A stretch of 15,936 nt of DNA from Octopus sinensis (lineage: Eukaryota). Of the stretch, positions 9,776-15,936 are shown in pieces. Each line of letters opens with the position of its first letter. Positions within the stretch are counted from its first letter, which is position 1. The position numbers and the translations under genes were made by a program. The notes beneath the pieces are model-generated. The model did no database searches and was not told the DNA's origin. It saw only the letters and a list, made by a program, of their open reading frames with translations. The stretch spans positions 1 to 15,936 of the forward strand of contig NW_021825217.1 in the NCBI RefSeq assembly GCF_006345805.1, in the 5' to 3' direction.

Positions 9776-9921
9776 ATATATATACATATTATATATACAT
9801 ATTATATATATATAACATATATATATATTACATAGTATACACATATATATATGTATACAATATATATGTATGTGTGTATATATATATGTATATATAAATA
9901 TATATATATATAATATATATA

Positions 9922-9955
<34 letters not shown>
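9667..9955. repeat. (TA)n-rich tract ending in (TG)n
   Basis: Direct reading. Confidence 0.95.
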
Positions 9956-9957
<2 letters not shown>

Positions 9958-10059
9958 TCAAATGAAACATTGAAATCTGAATACTAAAAACGAAACGTCG
10001 AAAACAGCAAATCGTATAACGTCAAGGGGATGTGCATATGGGATGTATTAGCTTTACGC

Positions 10060-10200
10060 TGAGTAGAGGTTGACAAAAGACCGGGATTTTTACGTTTGGA
10101 GCATAGATCTTCGTGAGAAAGTGGAGAAAGGAAAGGTCCAGGAGCTTCCTACAGGTAAATGGAATAAAACTAAGACCTGCTGATGTAGGCCCCCGGAACA
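10060..10200 (-). mobile_element. Possible old PLE-like terminal fragment
   Basis: Minus strand TTTCTCACGAAGATCTATGCTCCAAACGTAAAAA parallels TTTCTGTAGAAGAGCGTAGGCTCGAAACGTAAAAG of the 15066 copy. Boundaries uncertain. Confidence 0.35.
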
Positions 10201-10380
10201 GCGGCAAGATAAATTGTAATTTATCACCATTTCATGTTCATAGATTTAATTCTAAAAATTAATGAAACCAATTTCTTAATTACGACCTAAAGATTTTAAT
10301 ATAGTTTGTTCCAAAACCCAAAGATGTTTTTTATAACTTCCATCAATGATCTCCCACTTCACCTGTGAAATGAAGGAAAT

Positions 10381-11590
10381 CTGTTTCCTTAATGCGATAC
10401 GGCGCAGGTGTTGTTAGGTGGACAAAGAATGAGCTTGAGGAAATGGACAGGAATACTAGAAAAGTGATGACAATTGACAAGGAACTACACCCCTAAAGCA
10501 ATACTGAGAGACGGTATGTGCTTAAAACAGGGGTGGAAGAGGTCTGCTAGGATGCAAGAGCTGTGTTGTCAACGAAAAGAACAGTCTAGGAAGGTACATC
10601 AAGCAACAGAGTGAATCATTGCTTGCCGCTTTTAGAATTAACAATGTAATACCTGCGAAAATGTTGACGCAGCCACAAATATTTAAGGAACCAGATGAGG
10701 AAGAGAGAGAGAGTAAGCTACTGGAAATGAGACAACTGCATGGGCAATACTTCAGAGAAATAGAAGGAAAAGACAAGATCAACATTTGGAGATGGCTAAG
10801 AAAAAGTGATCTGAAAGGATGCACTGAGGAATATGCAGCACACAGGAACAAGCTCTGAGATCTAAATACACCAAGTTCCAGATAGATAAGAGTAGCGAAT
10901 CGCCCAACTGTAGGACGTGCGGCAGCAGAAACAAAACAATCTCACATATTGTGAGTGAGTGTAGCAAGCAGGCCCAAAAGCACAACAAAAAGAGGCACGA
11001 TAAAGTGGCTAAGTTCGTCCACTTGGGGCTGTGTGAAAAGTACAGAGCGTGGAAATGGTACGAACATGAACCAGAAGGACTCACCGAGAACAAGGAACAT
11101 AAGATACTGTGGGGTTTTACAATCCAATGTGACTCCCTAATCAAGGGACGGAGACCAGATAATGTTGTGGTAGATAAAAGAAGAAAGGAAACCGAGATTA
11201 TAGATATTGCATTACCTGGAGATGTACGCACGCGTTACCAAGAACTAGAAAAGATTGAAAAAATTGACTACTAAAAGACGAAATTGCAAGAATGTGGACT
11301 ATGGAGAGAGTACCTGTCATTCCAGTAGTAGTAGGGGTACTCGGAGCACTAACAACCAAGTTCGAGAAATAAGTCAGAGAAATCGGAATTGGCATAAGAG
11401 CAGAACAAGCCCTCCAAAAGTGCTCTGTTGGGGACAGCTAGGATTTTGAGATTGATGCTTGGATGCTCAATGTCTTCAACGATAATTAACAACCAAGTAT
11501 CAAGGCTTATAAGGTATGGAAAGAGACCCTGTGAGACCTCTGACAACAGGCTGCCGTCCGCTCTCACAGAATCTGCCAGTGCAAACAAGT
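10381..11590 (+). mobile_element. 5'-truncated, degenerate R4/Dong-like non-LTR retrotransposon (RT thumb, CCHC zinc knuckle, restriction-like endonuclease, 3' UTR)
   Basis: Joined frames: MRYGAGVVRWTKNELEEMDRNTRKVMTIDKELHP*SNTERRYV...GGRGLLG; LHGQYFRE...WRWLRKSDLKGCTE; CRTCGSRNKTISHIVSEC (CX2CX8HX4C); KRHDKV; RRPDNVVVDKRRKETEIIDIALP (PD..D RLE); VIPVVVGVLGA; GTARILR. Several stops and frameshifts. Confidence 0.9.
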
Positions 11591-11677
11591 TCGACCCTGG
11601 TGGCATTTGAACTCAGAACGTGATATCTGGGAAAACGCCACTAAGTATTTTATCAAGAACTGTAATAATTCTGCCCG
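11590..11677 (-). mobile_element. SINE family B head only, inverted relative to the R4/Dong element
   Basis: Minus strand GGGCAGAATTATTACAG...AAATACTTAGTGGCG...CACGTTCTGAGTTCAAATGCCACCAGGGTCGAAC matches the SINE-B tRNA region. Confidence 0.65.
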
Positions 11678-11777
<100 letters not shown>

Positions 11778-12608
11778 TCGTCCTTAGATATATCTCCCCG
11801 ATATTTCTTGTATGATGATATGTCGTAGAAACATCTCATTAAGCGCTCAAATAGATTAGGATCCCTTATGAGGTCACAAAGTGAACAGCAATTTGTCTTG
11901 TTTTATTGATTGGAATCACTTATCAGATTCAATGAAATGTTCCCCCCTCCCGATTCCTCAATTTACATCGCACAAGATTGTTCGAAGAAGAGACGAAACA
12001 TTAAACCATGTCCAGACTAATAACAAGTGAAGCTACATTGATCTCTTGTAACAGAGCTGACTGATCAAACCTGATTATCCGAAAGGTTTATAAATATGAT
12101 ATCAATTGGTGTTGATAATAGAATGCCTCTAATTAATGTCTGCCGCTGACAGACGACTGAACAAGCAGGGAGCTGAAAGGAAGATAGTTTCGAGCTTTTC
12201 ACGAAGATAAACCAATAACTGACAGGTTGAACTAATGTCGGTTTTAGTGTTAGGATTTCGCGATAAAGCTGTCAGATGTTTTCAAACTAGTGTGGTGGTC
12301 AGTCTATCTCATTAACTCGCAGAAACGTTCCCGAGCGGTTTTATTTTTGTAATATATTTCAAGTTTCCAGTTAAATTCTTCAGGTTGTTATAAAAGAAAA
12401 TAGAAGTTACCGCGATAGACGTGTAACAGTAGCGATTATCTCATTGCAGATCAACTGAAAGTCAGTTTTATAATGGAGAACCTCTCTGAAATATAGCCAC
12501 CAGTCTGACATATTGATTATTTTTTCACACGATGTTATTGTAATATGTGAAACGGTTGTAGACGAGGTAACTGACTAGAGATAGTCCTGCTTTACATTCT
12601 GTGTTAAA

Positions 12609-12748
12609 CGTGGCCGTGTTGTTGAGAATCTCGCTTGGAAAATATGAGATCTTGGGTTCAATCTTAACGTGATAAATTAGAAATCTGGCTTTTTTTGTAG
12701 TTGGGGTTGATTAAAGCCTCGCGAAGGAAATTTGGAAGATGAAAACTG
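12609..12748 (+). mobile_element. Highly diverged SINE family A, 5' half
   Basis: CGTGGCCGTGTTGTTGAGAA (A box-like), GGGTTCAATCT (B box-like), then AAAGCCTCGCGAAGGAAATTTGGAAGATGAAAACTG matching AAAGCCTTGTGAGTGGATTTGGAAGACGGAAACTG of the 4254 copy. Confidence 0.55.
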
Positions 12749-12822
12749 TTGTGGTGTAACATATTGGTTTCGGACCAATTACTACTGGATTCTACAATCA
12801 CAACAACAAGAAAGAAAATAAT

Positions 12823-13042
12823 TCATTCAAAATAATTCATAGGCACAAGACCTGAAATTTTAGGAGAAGGGATGAGTCGATTACATCGACCCCAGTTTTT
12901 CACTGGTACTTGATTTAACGACCCCGAAAGGATAAAAGGCAAAGTCGACCTAGGAGGAATTTGAACTCAGAACGTAGCGACAGGTCAAATACCGCTAAGC
13001 ATTTCGTCCGGCACGCTAACGATTCTGCCAGCTCGCCACCTT
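12823..13042 (-). mobile_element. Full-length SINE family B with an 18-bp target-site duplication
   Basis: Minus strand GGTGGCGAGCTGGCAGAATCGTTAGC...GAGTTCAAATTCC...GTCTTGTGCCTATG. Flanks AACAAGAAAGAAAATAAT (12805-12822) and AACAGGAAAGAAAATAAT (13043-13060), 17/18 identical. Confidence 0.9.
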
Positions 13043-13060
13043 AACAGGAAAGAAAATAAT

Positions 13061-13274
13061 CTTTCTTTTCTTCTCTAGGTACAAGGCCCGAAATTTTGGG
13101 GGAGGGACAAGTCGATTAGATCGGCCCCAGTACGCAACTTGTACTTAATTTATCGACCCCGAAAGGATGAAAGGCAAAGATGACGGCGGAATTTGAACTC
13201 AGAGTGTAAAGCCAGACGAAATACCGCTAAGCATTTCGCCCGGCATGCTAACGTTTCTGCCAGCCAGGCGCCCT
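13061..13274 (-). mobile_element. Full-length SINE family B in tandem with the previous copy, with an 11-bp target-site duplication
   Basis: Minus strand GGCTGGCAGAAACGTTAGCATGCCGGGCG...GAGTTCAAATTCC...GCCTTGTACCTAGAGAAG. Flanks AAGAAAATAAT (13050-13060) and AAGAAAATTAT (13275-13285), 10/11 identical. Confidence 0.88.
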
Positions 13275-13299
13275 AAGAAAATTATGACGTTTATATGCA

Positions 13300-13983
13300 A
13301 ACACTCAAACAGCTAAAATCTCTCCAAAACATACCTCAAATAAGTCCCTGACTTTCAAAACTAGGAGATATAAAGTGCAGCAGAAACACCGCCAATATTT
13401 GAAGCGGTCGTTGGTGTGGTTGTAGTAAAGACCTTTCAGAACGAGGGAATAGGAAACCACACAGTGTAAAAATAAGGTGTAACTCGAAGAAATCCAGCGA
13501 AGCAATACAAAGAAGATCGTCTCAATGCGACAGTCAGCTCCTGGGAGGGAATGAAAAAGTGAAGACTCTACTTAGAACGAAGGCGGGAAAGATACGCAGT
13601 AATATACAGTTATGCCAAGCTTTGGCATTAAAAGTTACACAAACCACTGAACGGAGCATTGCCATCAGGATACTGGAACAGACACTGCAACCGCTAAGGT
13701 TTCAAGGACTCACAGTTCTTCAGTATCATTTCCAAAAGCCTAAGAGACCTATATGGAGTGGCTGAAGGTGTCCTCAAAACAAAATTGGATCTCCTCCTGT
13801 CAAGAGATTCGGACGAACTTACTTCGTCGCAGGAAACACGACGAGGGCAGCAACATCAAACTCCCTCATTCACCAATTGCCACATAGCAGAGTAGGTTTC
13901 AAGTTGTGAAAAAGTAGCTAAGCTAACGTCGGTGCTCGAGCATGGCCGCAGTTCTAAAGCTGTAACTTAAAAAGTAAAAAGAG
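13300..13983 (+). mobile_element. 5'-truncated, degenerate CR1-clade LINE 3' end (ORF2 C-terminus plus short 3' UTR)
   Basis: Joined frames: LTFKTR; LEEIQRSNTKKI; WEGMKK*RLYLERRRERYAVIY; PSFGIKSYTN; SKSLRDLYGVAEGVLKTKLDLLLS..DE; RAATSNSLIHQL. These match CR1/L2 C-terminal motifs (LE.IQR, LERRRER, FK..LD). The UTR ends CGGTGCTCGAGCATGGCCGCAGTTCTAAAGCTG...AAAAAGTAAAAAGAG. Confidence 0.85.
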
Positions 13984-14141
13984 CTAGACACACGATAATA
14001 GCCTCTATGGGCCACGTTGCTGACATGCATGTTGCCAGGGGTCTCTCTTATATTTACACATACGTTTACAACAAAGTAATATCAATTCTTTATTATCAAG
14101 TAAACAATTCTAAAACCTTTCATTCGGTAATCAATAATCCT

Positions 14142-14481
14142 TCTTCTTCTTCTTCTTCTTCTTCTTCTTCTTCTTCTTCTTCTTCTCTTCTTCTTCATCC
14201 TTTTTGCCCCTTGTGGAGCATAGGAGCGGTTTCCCGGTTTCCTTGTCGTATAGGTTCCCCAGCTGGACGGACGCTGGTCCGTCGCAGTTGAGCTGATAGA
14301 TGCAGAAGGAAAGAGTGAGAGAAAGTTGTGGCGAAAGAGTCAGCAGAAGTTCGCCATTACCTTCTGCAGGAGCCGCGTGGAGCTTAGGTGTTTCGCTCGT
14401 AAACACACACATCGCCCGGTCTGAGATTCGAACGCGCGATCGCGAATCCGCTGCTCTAACCACTAAGCCTTGTGCCTCCAC
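14142..14481 (-). mobile_element. Full-length tRNA-derived SINE, family C, with a (GAA)n tail and 13-bp flanking direct repeat
   Basis: Minus strand GTGGAGGCACAAGGCTTAGTGGTTAGAGCAGCGG (A box)...GTTCGAATCTC (B box)...GGATGAAGAAGAAG(GAA)n. Perfect AATCAATAATCCT at 14129-14141 and 14482-14494. Confidence 0.88.
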
Positions 14482-15065
14482 AATCAATAATCCTATTTTC
14501 ATTAATTATTATTAATTATCTTTATTATTAAGATCTTTGTGGGTTTCCTACTTTTCAGGCACTAGCCACGCCATTCGTAGGCCACACTTGTGTTTGAAAA
14601 GAGCCGCGTGTTTGCAAAGAGCTTCTTGTTGTCGTTAATGTTTTATCGTTTAGTGTAGTTACATAATGGTTTGAATTGATGCATATTGGGCATTTCCTCT
14701 TGAAGTGTTTATAAAGGATGACGAATCTATGTGCTATTCATCGCACTTGCATCAGATAGTGCAGCTCTAAATACATTAATTTCAGGATAATATACGGGAT
14801 GGGCAGGTTCGGAAATACTTATAGTCTACTTGGTTAGGGTGGGCATGGAAGAAATGAGCAACTGAACAGTCACTGAGTTTATTCAGAATGCTAATACATT
14901 AGTTCGATTTATACGCATAATATCGGAATTATGAGCAGAAATTTTTAATCTACGAGCATAAATCAACATATCGTTCAGTACGAAAGTATATACATACCTA
15001 CATAGTTACGCACACATACACATGTATGTATGTATTCATGTATATATATAAATATATATATATAT

Positions 15066-15250
15066 AGGGAGAGTTTACGAAAAAAACAAAAGACGAATAC
15101 AGGTGGTGTACAAAACAAACAGATGTATTAGTATAACGCTCAGGAATAGAAAAAGTCTTTTACGTTTCGAGCCTACGCTCTTCTACAGAAAGCAACACAG
15201 AAAAAACAAGGAGAGAAAAATATGTGTGTAGTGGCTAACGATCTATCATG
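15066..15250 (-). mobile_element. PLE-like terminal fragment between (TA)n and (CA)n tracts
   Basis: Homologous to 9090-9215; carries the best-preserved hammerhead-like motif (15155-15193). Confidence 0.55.
15155..15193 (-). ncRNA. Candidate minimal type I hammerhead ribozyme (PLE-type), non-canonical core
   Basis: Minus strand CTTT-CTGTAGA-A-GAG-cgtagg-CTC-GAAAC-GTA-AAAG: stem I CTTT/AAAG, core with one mismatch to CUGANGA, 3-bp stem II, ACGT palindrome in place of stem III, GUA triplet. Confidence 0.4.
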
Positions 15251-15254
15251 GCGA

Positions 15255-15280
15255 CACACACACACACACACACAACACAC

Positions 15281-15325
<45 letters not shown>

Positions 15326-15719
15326 TTATGTATGTATGAACTTTTTCTTTTATAAGCAAACTTAGAAGTACCGAGTGAGTTGGTATTATACAGGATATAG
15401 AAGAAATCTCAGACACAAAATAGCTGTGAAAACAATTGAAAAGATTGGGTAAAACCCCTTGGAAGACGGAAAGAACCTGGTCAGCAAGCAGCTACAGAGA
15501 AACGAACCCTGTACCTCTGAAATTCCGTTGTGTGGCGGTAGCCTTGCCGCTTTTCTCCATCTTCTAAAGGTATTTTCCCTATCTTCAGCTACTCTGCGTT
15601 CGAGCTTTACTTTATTTTCTATAATATATATATGTATGTACTATATATGTATATATATATATATGTAGTATGTATGTATGTATACATACACTTACATACA
15701 TGGAAACACACACACACAC

Positions 15720-15759
<40 letters not shown>

Positions 15760-15760
15760 T
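15255..15760. repeat. (CA)n, (TA)n, (TATG)n and (GA)n tracts flanking a 280-bp unique segment (about 15340-15620)
   Basis: Direct reading. Confidence 0.85.
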
Positions 15761-15936
15761 GTAGAGTTTTGAAAGCTTCAAAGAAGGGCTTGATAAACCT
15801 TTGACAAGTTTAATATAGTCATTACAGAGGTTATAATGGACGACTTGACGTCTCGCAAATCATGTAAATACGTTTTGGTTTGTTTTTGTCGTGCCAAGAT
15901 AAAAACCAACCCCCATGAGAGAGCACAGAGCACAAT

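Noticed and set aside
10619-11610. ORFs 10619-10858, 10951-11274 and neighbours as intact genes
   Set aside because: Fragments of one decayed R4/Dong ORF with stops and frameshifts; the minus-strand ORFs are antisense shadows.
12805-13285. CRISPR-like or regularly spaced repeat array
   Set aside because: The direct repeats are target-site duplications around SINEs; eukaryotic context, no cas genes.
14400-14481. tRNA gene
   Set aside because: A and B boxes present but no complete cloverleaf; continues into a SINE body, tail and flanking duplication. The same applies to the heads at 1004, 4254, 9666, 13042 and 13274.
15459-15668. Plus-strand 69-aa ORF or exon
   Set aside because: In-frame stop just upstream, no usable acceptor or ATG, and it ends in (TA)n.

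Overview
Repeat-saturated eukaryotic genomic DNA (intergenic or intronic) with no intact protein-coding gene. The tRNA-derived SINE families and extreme microsatellite density look like an Octopus genome; this is recognition from memory, not a database result. The window is a mosaic of degenerate non-LTR retrotransposons (two Tx1/L1-clade 3' ends, one R4/Dong-like RLE element, one CR1-clade 3' end, and a probable LINE 3' UTR), about 11 tRNA-derived SINE copies from three families (here A, B, C), four short Penelope-like terminal fragments with hammerhead-like motifs, and many simple repeats. Almost all supplied ORFs are microsatellite or antisense artefacts. The most interesting signals concern how the elements relate: (i) a Tx1-like LINE inside a (GATA)n tract; (ii) a SINE-B copy whose last 41 nt match that LINE's 3' end, while other SINE-B copies have a different tail; (iii) a CR1 3' end shared with SINE-A; (iv) three SINE insertions whose target duplications end at AATAAT, two at the same site; (v) minimal hammerhead-like motifs with covarying stem I.
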